This document shows positions 1 to 9,300 of a stretch of DNA of 64,000 bases, one piece after another. The DNA is from an uncultured bacterium. Its GTDB lineage: Bacteria; Chlamydiota; Chlamydiia; Chlamydiales; SM23-39. The translations under genes and the position numbers were made by a program. Below the pieces are notes generated by a model. It saw only the letters and a list, made by a program, of their open reading frames with translations. It was not told where the DNA came from and searched no databases. The first letter of the stretch is position 1. Every line of letters starts with the position of its first letter. The stretch spans positions 384,001 to 448,000 of the forward strand of contig OY970323.1 of the NCBI GenBank assembly GCA_963716985.1, read 5' to 3'.

Positions 1-2
1 AG

Positions 3-371
3 ATGGTCAAAATTCCCTATGAGCTAAATCAGGGTTTTGTCATCGAAGTAGAGACGGATTTTGGAAAAAAGAAGTTTTTGCTGGATACCGGTCTTGCTCT
101 AAATAATGTCATTAGAGATTCTCTTGTGGATGAAAAATTTCCCACGCAAGTTGTAGACAATTGGAAATTGGTCACTTCTTCCAAATTTCAGTTTGGTGAT
201 AAGGATTTTGGAAGTGAAAATTTTTTTCCATTCGCTATCAGCCCTATTATTGAAGGCATCGACGGTATTTTAGGGATGAGCTTTTTTAGGAAATATGCAG
301 TTTTATTGGATTTGCAAAAAAAGGTAGCCTATATCTGCCCAAGTCAAACAACGAACAATTCAAGGAGATAA
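3..371 (+). CDS. Retropepsin-like aspartyl protease domain protein (probably 5'-partial)
   Basis: FLLDTG catalytic motif and downstream DGILGMSFF motif; ORF starts at the window edge. Confidence 0.75.
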   Translation: MVKIPYELNQGFVIEVETDFGKKKFLLDTGLALNNVIRDSLVDEKFPTQVVDNWKLVTSSKFQFGDKDFGSENFFPFAISPIIEGIDGILGMSFFRKYAVLLDLQKKVAYICPSQTTNNSRR

Positions 372-373
372 AT

Positions 374-814
374 ATGAAAAAATTATGTCTCTTACTTGTT
401 TTTTTCTGTTTTGCCACAAGCCTATTTGCCAAAAAGGATCAGCATCATTCATCCGAAAATCAAAAGAGTTCCCATGAAAAAGTGAAAGAGAAAACCATCG
501 AGGATCATTGGAATGATTGGAAAAAAGATCCCTATTCCAGTTTCAATGAGACATCCTCTTCAAAACAGGGCAAGGTTCAGAACTCAAAAAAAGGGGAGAA
601 GGATTTTTATCAATGGGATTTCAAAAAGAATTGGCAGGATTCCCCAGATTTTTCTTTTAAAGAGCAAAAAACCTCAAATGGCAAAAAGATCGGCCCCGAC
701 AGCTATGAAAGAACTCTTTATAAAAATAAGAATAACGAAGTGACCGTTCAGGCCAAAAAAGATGAAAAGAATAGTGTTTCCGTTTCAGTTAGGCACAAAT
801 GGAATTCTGATTGA
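374..814 (+). CDS. Secreted hypothetical protein
   Basis: Signal peptide MKKLCLLLVFFCFATSLFA; AAGGAG SD upstream; hydrophilic mature part. Confidence 0.65.
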   Translation: MKKLCLLLVFFCFATSLFAKKDQHHSSENQKSSHEKVKEKTIEDHWNDWKKDPYSSFNETSSSKQGKVQNSKKGEKDFYQWDFKKNWQDSPDFSFKEQKTSNGKKIGPDSYERTLYKNKNNEVTVQAKKDEKNSVSVSVRHKWNSD

Positions 815-951
815 GGAGTGAGCCTTATCCTGCTTCTGTCTCAGCTGAAATCGCGAGCATTATCGGGGAAATTCTTTTCTATGCGGCGGCAGCGGGCATA
901 CTTTCATGTCATTATTCTAAAAAATAATCATGACTGCTCATAAAGTTGAGA

Positions 952-1487
952 GTGCGACACGAACTTAACCAGATCAAGGAGAAAGGGTTAAGGTGCTTTA
1001 AGAAAGATGAGGGAAGGCCCCTTGCATCAATCAGACCTAGAGGAGTTGCGTATAAAGGGAGAACGTTTACGGGATTTAATCCAGGCGTGAGCAATAAGGC
1101 AAAGAAGAAGATGTACGAGACTATCAGGAATTGGAGATTGCATCTGGCCACTCGGAAAACGTTGGAAGAACTGGCCAGTGAAATCAATCCGGTAGTACGA
1201 GGGTGGATCAATTACTATGGCAGATTTTTCAGATCTGAAATGAGCCCAGTCCTTTATCACATCAATGAGGAATTAACGAGATGGGTAAAAAGGAAGTATA
1301 AAAAGATGAGAGGACACTTTGGAAGAGCCATGAATCTGTTGGGGAAAGTTGCGAAAAACAATCCTCAGCTATATGTGCATTGGAAAATGGTGAAACCTCC
1401 TTGCTGAATAATAAGAGCCGTATGAAACGAGAGTTTCACGTACGGATCTGTGGGAGCCTAGGGGGAAGTTCCCTTGGGCTACCCGAC
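952..1487 (+). mobile_element. Internally deleted group II intron (5' end fused to 3' part of the IEP, plus domains V and VI)
   Basis: 5' GTGCG at 952; domain V GAGCCGTATGAAACGAGAGTTTCACGTACGGATCT at 1415-1449; domain VI ending ACCCGAC at 1487. Confidence 0.8.
1031..1407 (+). pseudogene. C-terminal fragment (end of RT plus X/maturase domain) of a group II intron-encoded protein
   Basis: INPVVRGWINYYGRF maturase motif; no YADD-containing RT core; 5' boundary approximate. Confidence 0.8.
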
Positions 1488-1685
1488 TATTAAACCGAGG
1501 GCATTTCTGCATTGTTCAAAGTGCCGATGGTCGAGGAAGCGTTGAGTTGAACAGAAATGGATCTTACCTCGGGAAGATGGAAAAATTGATGAAAAAACTC
1601 TTCGGTGCGGAAAAAAAGTGCGGAAAAAAGGATATGACATAAATATCGAGCATATATAAAATTTTTTTCCAAAATAAGGAGGGAT

Positions 1686-2141
1686 ATGAAAGCTGTTTCA
1701 GGAACGAAAGGTGGTTTTTTTGGGTTTGGGATTTTTAGAGAAACAGTTGCCATTTCGGTTCCGGCAACAATAGCTGCGGGAGTTGTTCTCGGTCCCATGG
1801 GTGCCATAATAGTAGGTTCGGGCGTCTTGTATGGGATACACGAACTTTGGCAAGTAAAGGTGGATGCAATCAATCAAGAGGAAGGGGGGAAAAAAGATAG
1901 AAGAGAAAAAGCCCTTGCCGATTGCTATCTTTACACCATTTTAATATGCGCGGCTTTTGGATTAACAATATTTTCAAAAATGGCGGAATCCAATTTTTGC
2001 GTTACCCATAGGGAAATTATGTGCGTTATCAACAAAATTGCTACTTTTACCCTACCCGCTTTCATTCCTTTCGCCCTGATTGGACTGGGATACAGATTTT
2101 GTAAATATATGTGGGGGCAAGATGCAAATATTACTAGTTAA
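1686..2141 (+). CDS. Hypothetical membrane protein, Inc-like hydrophobic hairpin
   Basis: Long bilobed hydrophobic stretch (AISVPATIAAGVVLGPMGAIIVGSGVLYG) plus two further TM segments; AGGAGG SD. Confidence 0.5.
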   Translation: MKAVSGTKGGFFGFGIFRETVAISVPATIAAGVVLGPMGAIIVGSGVLYGIHELWQVKVDAINQEEGGKKDRREKALADCYLYTILICAAFGLTIFSKMAESNFCVTHREIMCVINKIATFTLPAFIPFALIGLGYRFCKYMWGQDANITS

Positions 2142-2488
2142 CATTGGAACAACGCATTCCAATCGCTCTGCCTATAGAGCGCGAAAGATTCCTACAGAAG
2201 AACGTATATTCAATGTTGTGATTGTTGCAGTCGCAATATTTAGCATGATCATTGCTGGAGTTTGTTCGGTGAATGTGACGAATGTCCTTGCCATGCGAAG
2301 GATCGTTCAGATAATTTCTACACGTTAGTATTTGATGGCCTTTTGCCAGCGCCGGGAAAGGGACCCTCTTCCGGAGCCGTTGTTTTTGGAAATGTTTTGA
2401 CTCTATTTTCAGGTCTGTCGTTTCGATCTTTTTAAACGTTTTCGCGATCTTAAGCAGAGCGCAAATCTATCGATCCTTTTTGGAACAA

Positions 2489-3346
2489 CTACAATGTGGC
2501 CGGAGCTGCTTCTCGAATCGTTTTTTCGATCACCTGCAGCCAAGAGATCGATTCTTTGGAAAGCTGCGTCATCACGAAGTACCAGGCGACAGCCAAGAGC
2601 CCGAGGCCAATCCAGGATTTGAGCGAAATCCCTAAGAAAACAATCTGTACCTGGGGCGCCAGTCGATTGGTAATGCCTAAAAACATCTCGCCCATCAAAA
2701 TGCCGATGATCGAAGGGGCGCCGAGTTGAATAGAAATGGTGATGATCTGATCGATCAGGTGGAGAATAACCTTCCAAAAAGAGATGTTTAAGGAAAAAAA
2801 TGCGGGATTGATCACCTGATCAATCGGAATGAGTTGGAAAGACCTGGCGAGCGCATCGATGAAAAAAAGAGGTCCTCCAATAAAAAAAAAGGTGGCAATC
2901 AATACGTAGTTATAAAAAACACCTACGGGCCCCGTTTGCATATTGGTGGTGGGCTCTGTCAATTGCAGGGAGGAAGAGCCCCGAATGTGGTCGATGAGGC
3001 TTCCCGAAGATTGTGCGATGTAAAAGGGGGCGGCTGCAAGAAACGCTAAGATAAATCCAATGAGAATCTCCTTGAGCATAAAACCGATAAACACCATGTC
3101 AAAAGGAAGATTTTGTTTCAAAGTCAAAAGCGAGTGAGGAAGAAGAATGGCCGCAATCGAGATGCTGAACATGACGCGCACGCTGATCGGGACCATTTTC
3201 GTTCCAAAAAAAGGGACGAGCACCATGATGGGAAGCAAACGGGCCATCAGAAGAAAGAGCACGGACAAAAGAGTATTTGGAGAGAGGTTGGGAATTTGCA
3301 GAATAAGGGAGAGATAGCTGTCGGTGGAAAGGGCGATATTTTCCAT
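2489..3346 (-). CDS. sctT: Type III secretion export apparatus protein SctT
   Basis: ARLLP..VPFFG, KEILIG, GSLIDHIRG and NRLAPQVQI motifs; follows sctS. Confidence 0.95.
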   Translation of the reverse strand: MENIALSTDSYLSLILQIPNLSPNTLLSVLFLLMARLLPIMVLVPFFGTKMVPISVRVMFSISIAAILLPHSLLTLKQNLPFDMVFIGFMLKEILIGFILAFLAAAPFYIAQSSGSLIDHIRGSSSLQLTEPTTNMQTGPVGVFYNYVLIATFFFIGGPLFFIDALARSFQLIPIDQVINPAFFSLNISFWKVILHLIDQIITISIQLGAPSIIGILMGEMFLGITNRLAPQVQIVFLGISLKSWIGLGLLAVAWYFVMTQLSKESISWLQVIEKTIREAAPATL

Positions 3347-3349
3347 TTT

Positions 3350-3619
3350 TTAAGGATTCCACTTAGGGAAATTCGTAAAAATATTCATCGCAAAATTTAT
3401 CACCTGCGCTCCGAGCCATCCTCCCATGAGGATCAGGGAAATCACGACGGCAAAAAGCTTGACCGTAAAGGAAAGCGTCTGCTCTTGAATCTGCGTGGCT
3501 GCCTGAAAAATGGCAACGAGTAGGCCGAGCACCATACTGATGATGATCGGGGGCCCCGATAGTATTAGAATGAGGAGAAGGGCCTGATAGGTGAGTTGAT
3601 AGATTTCGTTCGAAAACAT
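3350..3619 (-). CDS. sctS: Type III secretion export apparatus protein SctS
   Basis: FQAATQIQEQTLSFTVKL signature. Confidence 0.97.
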   Translation of the reverse strand: MFSNEIYQLTYQALLLILILSGPPIIISMVLGLLVAIFQAATQIQEQTLSFTVKLFAVVISLILMGGWLGAQVINFAMNIFTNFPKWNP

Positions 3620-3634
3620 TCCCTTTTTCCCTTC

Positions 3635-4387
3635 TTATTTAAAGGTCATGACAAGGCCTTGCACCAGGATCGTCCAACCATCAATCATCACGATCAAAAG
3701 CAGTTTGATGGGCAAAGCAATGGTGAGGGGTGAGAGCATCATCATCCCCATAGCAAGGAGAATATTGGAAGTGACCAGATCAATGACGAAAAATGGTAAG
3801 TAGATCAATACGCCAATCTCAAAGGCCCCTTTGAGCTGGCTGGTAATAAACGAAGGGATCATCACGATGAAGTCGGTGGGTTTGAGTTGCGTGCGGTAGG
3901 GTTCGGGAAAGACGCGGTTTGCCAGCTGGTAAAAAGAGGTCTGGTGCTTGGTGATGGTATTGCGAATGAGAAATTGACGGAGCGGCTCTTTGGACTTGTC
4001 GATCATTGCGATGATAAAAGCTGCCGATTCTTCGGAAAAGGCTTCCTTGGGAGCTTTGGGGAGCAGGTCCTTTGAGGCTTCATACATCGCAAGGCCCGTC
4101 GGAAACATGACGTAGATGGTCAAAAGAAGGGCAATGCCGTTAAGTACCTGGTTGGGCGGTGTTTGCTGGATGCCAAGAGCGTTGCGAAGAAGAGATAGGA
4201 CAACGATCATTTTGACAAAGGACGTTAAGAGCATGATGGCAAAGGGAAGCAGGGCAAGGCCTGCAAGCAGGGTCATTTTGGAGATGATCGTGGTCTCATT
4301 GGGGCCGGTCGCTTCTTGCGCATAGGCAGAGGAAAAAAAGAGAAGAAAAAGAGGGAGGAGAAAAAGGGTGGTTTTCCAAATGCGCAT
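3635..4387 (-). CDS. sctR: Type III secretion export apparatus protein SctR
   Basis: TSFVK..LRNALGIQQTPPNQVL and LLAMGMMMLSP motifs; start moved to ATG at 4387, just after the sctL stop. Confidence 0.95.
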   Translation of the reverse strand: MRIWKTTLFLLPLFLLFFSSAYAQEATGPNETTIISKMTLLAGLALLPFAIMLLTSFVKMIVVLSLLRNALGIQQTPPNQVLNGIALLLTIYVMFPTGLAMYEASKDLLPKAPKEAFSEESAAFIIAMIDKSKEPLRQFLIRNTITKHQTSFYQLANRVFPEPYRTQLKPTDFIVMIPSFITSQLKGAFEIGVLIYLPFFVIDLVTSNILLAMGMMMLSPLTIALPIKLLLIVMIDGWTILVQGLVMTFK

Positions 4388-4389
4388 GT

Positions 4390-5019
4390 TTACGACCTCT
4401 TTCCCTTGAACGATTTGAATGCGGACTCTAAAGCATTCCATTGATTTTCAAGCTGGGCATTGATGATGCCGGCTTCTGTTTCAATGATACACCCGCCTTT
4501 GAGCACATCGCTTCTTTCAAGAATGGAAAGGCTTTCCACTTCTTTTAAGATTTCTTTAATTCTGGGTTTTTCTTTTTCTAGGATCGCAAGATCTTCCTTA
4601 TTTGCATAGATTTTAATCTTTCTATGTTCTGTTACGGGTTTTAATGACTGGATGACAATGTCCACGATCCTTTCGGGCATCAGCTTGATCTCATTGCCTA
4701 AGATTTTTTTTGCCGCTTTCAGTGCGATCGGAAGGACCTGGTTTTGAAATTCGATTTTGAGGTTTTTGATCTCTTGATCGAGTTGCAGCAGGTGGGCATT
4801 GAAGCGAGACAGCCCCTCGTCAAAACCCTCCTTGGCCTTTCTTTCTTTGAGCTCAAGGCATTCCTTTTCTACTTCTTCTCGATACTTTTGTGCATCTTCT
4901 TGCGCCATTTTCAAGATTTCTTCGGCCGACAAAAGGGTAGAGCATGCGGACGCAGGGATGATGCGATCTTCAGCAGAGAGATGAATTTCCTCTTTCGAAA
5001 AGAGAGTAAAGAACTTCAT
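4390..5019 (-). CDS. sctL: Type III secretion stator SctL (FliH/HrpE family)
   Basis: AKEGFDEG coiled coil; GGCIIETEAGIINAQLE C-terminal motif; position in the cluster. Confidence 0.92.
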   Translation of the reverse strand: MKFFTLFSKEEIHLSAEDRIIPASACSTLLSAEEILKMAQEDAQKYREEVEKECLELKERKAKEGFDEGLSRFNAHLLQLDQEIKNLKIEFQNQVLPIALKAAKKILGNEIKLMPERIVDIVIQSLKPVTEHRKIKIYANKEDLAILEKEKPRIKEILKEVESLSILERSDVLKGGCIIETEAGIINAQLENQWNALESAFKSFKGKRS

Positions 5020-5379
5020 TAAATTGACATCGCGGAAACCGACAGCCTTGTGCTGTCGGAGGAAGCGATGCTCCTTTGTTAATTGTTAAATATAGGGGTC
5101 TTGCGACCCCTATTAATGCCCGTAAGGGCCTTGTAACGGAACCTTTCGGTTCTCTCCCCTCGGCAATGTTACATAGCGGCCCTATACTCTAATCCGTTTC
5201 GTGCTTACCCTATCGCTTGTCTGCAACTAGAGTTTCGAGAGGGCAGAACTGAGGAAGCATTCTGCCGTCGGTCTTTTTAGCCTCTATATAACGTAGTTCT
5301 CTTGCGAGAACTGAGCCTGGTCAACCAGGGCTTGTTAGTCTTCTTTCAAGCCTCTCCCTTTATGGGAGGGGTGATTGAC
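5020..5379 (-). mobile_element. Non-autonomous IS200/IS605-superfamily element consisting of a HEARO/omegaRNA-like scaffold with no iscB or tnpA
   Basis: Minus strand begins GTCAATCACCCCTCCCATAAAGGGAGAGGCTTG; contains GTTGACCAGGCTCAG, CTACGTT, TGCTTCCTCAGT and CATTGCCGAGGGGAGA; ends in hairpin TTCCTCCGACAGC-ACAAG-GCTGTCGGTTTCC before ATGAAG; removal restores an sctK/sctL ATGA overlap. Confidence 0.85.
5080..5379 (-). ncRNA. HEARO/omegaRNA-like structured RNA scaffold
   Basis: Recognisable HEARO blocks and several tetraloop hairpins (e.g. GTTCTC-GCAA-GAGAAC, GAACC-GAAA-GGTTC, GGGGTC-GCAA-GACCCC); 3' boundary approximate. Confidence 0.78.
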
Positions 5380-6245
5380 GAGCCGTCTTCTTGGTTAGTG
5401 TTGATCAGAGACAAAATCTCTTCAATATCGGCGACAATCTTGGAGGCAATTTTCGGTTCTTCTTTTTTTGTGGCGTTGCGAAACAAAAGATTGCCTCGTC
5501 CAATATCCAACCGGTGGCAAATATACCATATCAGATGCACGTGTTGAATGGAAAGAGCTTTTGCAAGGCGAAGAAGCCCCCGTTTGTGGAGCATGAGGCG
5601 CAGCGAGTCTTTCGTTTCGTCCCATTTTTCTAAACCGAGCGGAAGCGAGGTAAAAGACTCTTTAATAGAGCGCTTAGACTTTAAAAATTTGGCCTCGGCT
5701 TTTGTAAGCGAGCCTTCAATTTTTTTGAGGGTGGTTGTGGCGAGTATTTTTTTCATTTCGATCGCCAAATCATAAAGAGCCAGAAGATCGATGAGCTGCA
5801 AGAGCCTGTTTTTGCTAAAGGTAGAAAGGATGTTCAGAGAAGAGGGGGGAAGGTAGTTTTTCGGGAGTATCTCCTTTTCCTCTCCCAAAAGGCTGGAGAG
5901 GAGAATGTGTCGAAAGAATCGCTTGGCCGGCTTTGAGAGTTTTTCAATTCCCGGATGTATGTGAAGAAGAGGGGCAATTTTTTCCACGTAGGATCCGGGC
6001 AGGCTTAAAAGGAAAAGCGAGGCCTCTTTGTTCGAATAACTTTTTAGAGTTGGCAAAAACCAAGAATAGTGTGTTTCCAAAATCAGGGAATCGAAAACAA
6101 AGTCTTGGGGGTCGAAAGAGAGAGGGGAAATCTCGATTTTTTCCAGATCTTCTAAATCCATTTCTGGAAGAAACGCGGCGAGCTCATTTTTTCTCCCTGA
6201 GCGTTCCAACAGTACTTTGAGAAGGGTGAGTGAAGAGAGGTTCAT
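5346..6245 (-). CDS. Chlamydial T3SS protein between sctJ and sctL (SctK-position protein); last 10 codons supplied by the inserted element
   Basis: HYSWFLP and CHRLDIGRG motifs; synteny sctJ-X-sctL. Confidence 0.8.
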   Translation of the reverse strand: MNLSSLTLLKVLLERSGRKNELAAFLPEMDLEDLEKIEISPLSFDPQDFVFDSLILETHYSWFLPTLKSYSNKEASLFLLSLPGSYVEKIAPLLHIHPGIEKLSKPAKRFFRHILLSSLLGEEKEILPKNYLPPSSLNILSTFSKNRLLQLIDLLALYDLAIEMKKILATTTLKKIEGSLTKAEAKFLKSKRSIKESFTSLPLGLEKWDETKDSLRLMLHKRGLLRLAKALSIQHVHLIWYICHRLDIGRGNLLFRNATKKEEPKIASKIVADIEEILSLINTNQEDGSSITPPIKGEA

Positions 6246-6258
6246 CGAGGAGCTCTCT

Positions 6259-7116
6259 TTAAGGTTTATTTTCTTCTTTCTCTTTTCTTTCCTTTTGCAG
6301 GTAGGGATAAAACTTGTAAATGAGCCACCCTGTCATAAGGCCGAAGAGAAGGATCAAGCAAAGAAGAAGGGTAAAGAAAAAACGGAAGCGAGCAGAGGAG
6401 TCTTTGGTCATCACAATCGACCAGATGCTCACGTAATCATCTTTTTTATGGCCGAGGATTTTATTCCCTTTGAACTGAATGTCGGAGAAGCGCGAGCGAT
6501 CCGATATAACGGAAACATCTTCGAAATCAAGCCCTTCAATACTTCCGGCAACGAGTCGTTTGATTTTGGATTCGAGATGGTTGTTGGGATCGTCAAGCAC
6601 GCCTTGATGTTTGATATAGACGGCGGCTTTGATTTTAGGCTTTACCGCTCCCGGCAGAAGTCCTTCCGTGGAGGCAAAGGAGATCCGCACGTCGGCATCG
6701 AGAACGCCATCGATTTTACGGATGATGTTTTTTAGCTCCTCTTCCTGTCCTGCTTGATAGCGGATGGTTTCTTCCTTGTCGGAGGTCATGAGTCCTTGTT
6801 TGGCGAAAAGCTCTAAGAGAGTCGCTCCCTTTCTACGAGGAAGGCCATACTGGTTGAGGATGGCCATGGCCCCATTCATCTGCTTTTCTTCGACGGTGAT
6901 ATTCCATAGGTTGGCAGGCGTCCCTCCGGCGCCGGCGCTTTCTGCGGCCTTCATCTTCTGGGCATCGATTCCTTTAGATCCTAAAAAGACGATGATTTCA
7001 TTAGCTTCCCTCTCGTCAATATTATTTACGATCGGTTCATGTTTCTGACATCCGCCGAGAAATAAAGAAAAAAACAAGATAAGAACAAAAGAAAGGCGCA
7101 GAGAAAAGGAGTTCAT
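6259..7116 (-). CDS. sctJ: Type III secretion inner-membrane ring lipoprotein SctJ
   Basis: Lipobox LFLGGC; EREANEI, GLP and IDGVLDADVRI motifs; C-terminal TM. Confidence 0.95.
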   Translation of the reverse strand: MNSFSLRLSFVLILFFSLFLGGCQKHEPIVNNIDEREANEIIVFLGSKGIDAQKMKAAESAGAGGTPANLWNITVEEKQMNGAMAILNQYGLPRRKGATLLELFAKQGLMTSDKEETIRYQAGQEEELKNIIRKIDGVLDADVRISFASTEGLLPGAVKPKIKAAVYIKHQGVLDDPNNHLESKIKRLVAGSIEGLDFEDVSVISDRSRFSDIQFKGNKILGHKKDDYVSIWSIVMTKDSSARFRFFFTLLLCLILLFGLMTGWLIYKFYPYLQKERKEKEENKP

Positions 7117-7192
7117 AAAATGGTCATTTTTTGATTCCGGCTCCAGAAACCCCTTTATAGCATGTTTCCGGCTTTGAGCTGAATGATTTTTT

Positions 7193-8203
7193 TTAGCATC
7201 TCTTGGAATCTTCGGTTAGGAGGTTCGTAAATTTTTTTCCCGAAAGCCAAGAGGGCCCGATTCCAAAACGCCTAAGCACATAATCGGAAATTCCCTGGCA
7301 AGAAGCGCGGTGGCGCAAAAGCTTTTCCCTTTTCTGATTGTTCAGTTTTTTTGGGTTTAGGAGTTTTTGGAAAAAATATTGGAGCTCTTTGAGAGCGCGT
7401 ATTTTATAGGTGCGCAGGATCTCTTTTGCCAAAAGCGTAATATAAAGGGAGAAGAGCTCTCTTTTGCTGCAGTTTCTCTCCAGCCAAAGAAGGCGGTTTC
7501 TCCACCAGTAATATTGCAAATGGGGCTTGCCGGAAAAAGAAGAGGAGACCTTGTGCCAGATTTTTGCCTTGGGCGCCGTCCAAATTTCAAACCCGCTCTT
7601 TCTTGCCCGAGCGCAAAAATCGCTCTCTTCCCAAAGAAGAAAAAACCTCTCCTCAAGAAGGCCGATTGTTTCAAAGACCTCTTTTTTGACAAAGAGGGAA
7701 CATCCGGAAACATAATCTACTTTTTGCATCTCATTTCTTTCTTCGTCTTTGAAACCAAGCGAAGGAGAATCAAACTCTGCAATGGCAGGATTCCAAAGAC
7801 CTCCTAAGTGGTCGATGATTTTCGGCTCATGATAGCGAAGCACCTTGGTGCCCAAAATACCCGCTTGCGGCTTTAGGAGGGTTGCGGAGATCAGCTCTTC
7901 AAGAATAAGTGGATCGACGATGGTGTCATTGTTGAGAAGGAAGAGGTAGTCTGCCTTTTTTTGTAGGGCATAGGCAATGGCGACGTTATTGCCCCCGGAA
8001 AAGCCGAGGTTTTTTTTGGTTTCGATCAGATGAATCGCGGGAAATGCGCTTTCGATTTGGAGGACGGAGTTGTCTTGCGATCCATTGTCGACGACGATGA
8101 TCTCATGGGGCTGGTATTGAATTTTTTTCAGAGAGGAAAGGCATTCGAGGGTATCTTTCCACCCATTCCAATTGACAAGGATGATGGCAATCGATGGATT
8201 CAT
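7193..8203 (-). CDS. Glycosyltransferase family 2 (rhamnosyltransferase-like)
   Basis: IILVNWN, VVDNGSQD, GFSGGNN, LLNNDT, EESDFC motifs. Confidence 0.9.
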   Translation of the reverse strand: MNPSIAIILVNWNGWKDTLECLSSLKKIQYQPHEIIVVDNGSQDNSVLQIESAFPAIHLIETKKNLGFSGGNNVAIAYALQKKADYLFLLNNDTIVDPLILEELISATLLKPQAGILGTKVLRYHEPKIIDHLGGLWNPAIAEFDSPSLGFKDEERNEMQKVDYVSGCSLFVKKEVFETIGLLEERFFLLWEESDFCARARKSGFEIWTAPKAKIWHKVSSSFSGKPHLQYYWWRNRLLWLERNCSKRELFSLYITLLAKEILRTYKIRALKELQYFFQKLLNPKKLNNQKREKLLRHRASCQGISDYVLRRFGIGPSWLSGKKFTNLLTEDSKRC

Positions 8204-9300
8204 TGTTTTTTTCCTTTTAAAATATGCTTTGCTTTCTCAAAGACTACATCGACTTTGATTTTTTCCCAACAGTGGGGATTTTTACATTTTCTTTGCAGGC
8301 AGGGTGTGCAGGGAGGCTTTTCTGACACGACAGACCCATGAGATGTGTGAAAAGGACCGGTCGTTTTGGGATTGGTAGGAATAAAAAGAGCGAGCGTCTT
8401 GGCCTTTACTGCAAGCGAGAGGTGCATGGGCCCCGTATCGTTGGTGATGAGAAGGTCGCTTATTTTTAAAAGAGCTGCAAAATCACGTAAGGCAAGCGGC
8501 GGAAATAGGGGGATGCTTCCCTTGATTTTTGAAGAAAGGTGGTCGATGAGATTTTTCTCTCTGCCCACTCCGGAGATCAAGAGATGGCAATCGATCTGTT
8601 GCTTCAAGCGATTGCCAAGGTTTGCGAAGGAGTCTGCCGGCCATCTGCGATAGGGATCGGAGGCGCCCGGATGGAGAATGACGATGGGTTTTTTAGAGTC
8701 GATGCCTTTTTCTTTTAAGAAGAGAGAGACTCTTCTTTCTTCCTCCTTTGTTGTAAAATAAAGAAGCTCTTTTTTTTCCGAATCGATGCCGAGTACTTGT
8801 AAAAGATTGGCTCTGTTTTCAATTTCATGGACCTTTTCACGCTCAACAAGGTGGGAAAAAAAGAGGTCGAGCCCTTTATTTTTTCCTCGAAAGCCGATGA
8901 TTTTTTCTGCGTTTAACAGTGCGCATAGGGGAAAGACGAGCCTCTGCGAGGAGTGGAAGACGAAAATGGCTTGAAATTTTTTGGCCCTGAGTTGAAAGAG
9001 AAGAGAGAGAAAGGAAAAAAAGAGGGGTTCTTCAAAAGAAAAACACGCATCGACCAACGGTTGGTTTTCGAGAACGTCGCGCCCTGTCTTTTGGCATAAA
9101 AAAGCAAGGTAGCTATGGGGAAACCTTTTTTTTATGGCAGCAAGTGCTGGTGTTGCCCACAAAGTATCACCAAGAGCTGTTGTAGAGACAATCAGAATTC
9201 TTGGCGCTTTTGCGTCAAAAGCATTTTTCTTGCGCGGGTGGAAGGCGGAAATGAGCCATTCAATCAAGCGGTTCTTCAGACGATTTTTCCAACGGGTCAT
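8200..9300 (-). CDS. Glycosyltransferase family 9 (LPS heptosyltransferase-like)
   Basis: ALGDTL..TP, LHPGAS..RRWP, ITNDTGPMH motifs. Confidence 0.9.
   Translation of the reverse strand: MTRWKNRLKNRLIEWLISAFHPRKKNAFDAKAPRILIVSTTALGDTLWATPALAAIKKRFPHSYLAFLCQKTGRDVLENQPLVDACFSFEEPLFFSFLSLLFQLRAKKFQAIFVFHSSQRLVFPLCALLNAEKIIGFRGKNKGLDLFFSHLVEREKVHEIENRANLLQVLGIDSEKKELLYFTTKEEERRVSLFLKEKGIDSKKPIVILHPGASDPYRRWPADSFANLGNRLKQQIDCHLLISGVGREKNLIDHLSSKIKGSIPLFPPLALRDFAALLKISDLLITNDTGPMHLSLAVKAKTLALFIPTNPKTTGPFHTSHGSVVSEKPPCTPCLQRKCKNPHCWEKIKVDVVFEKAKHILKGKKQ

Noticed and set aside
5020..5379. Group I/II intron or IStron interpretation of the sctK-sctL insert
   Set aside because: No GTGCG or domain V and no recognisable group I core; ends and internal blocks fit a HEARO/IS200-605 element instead
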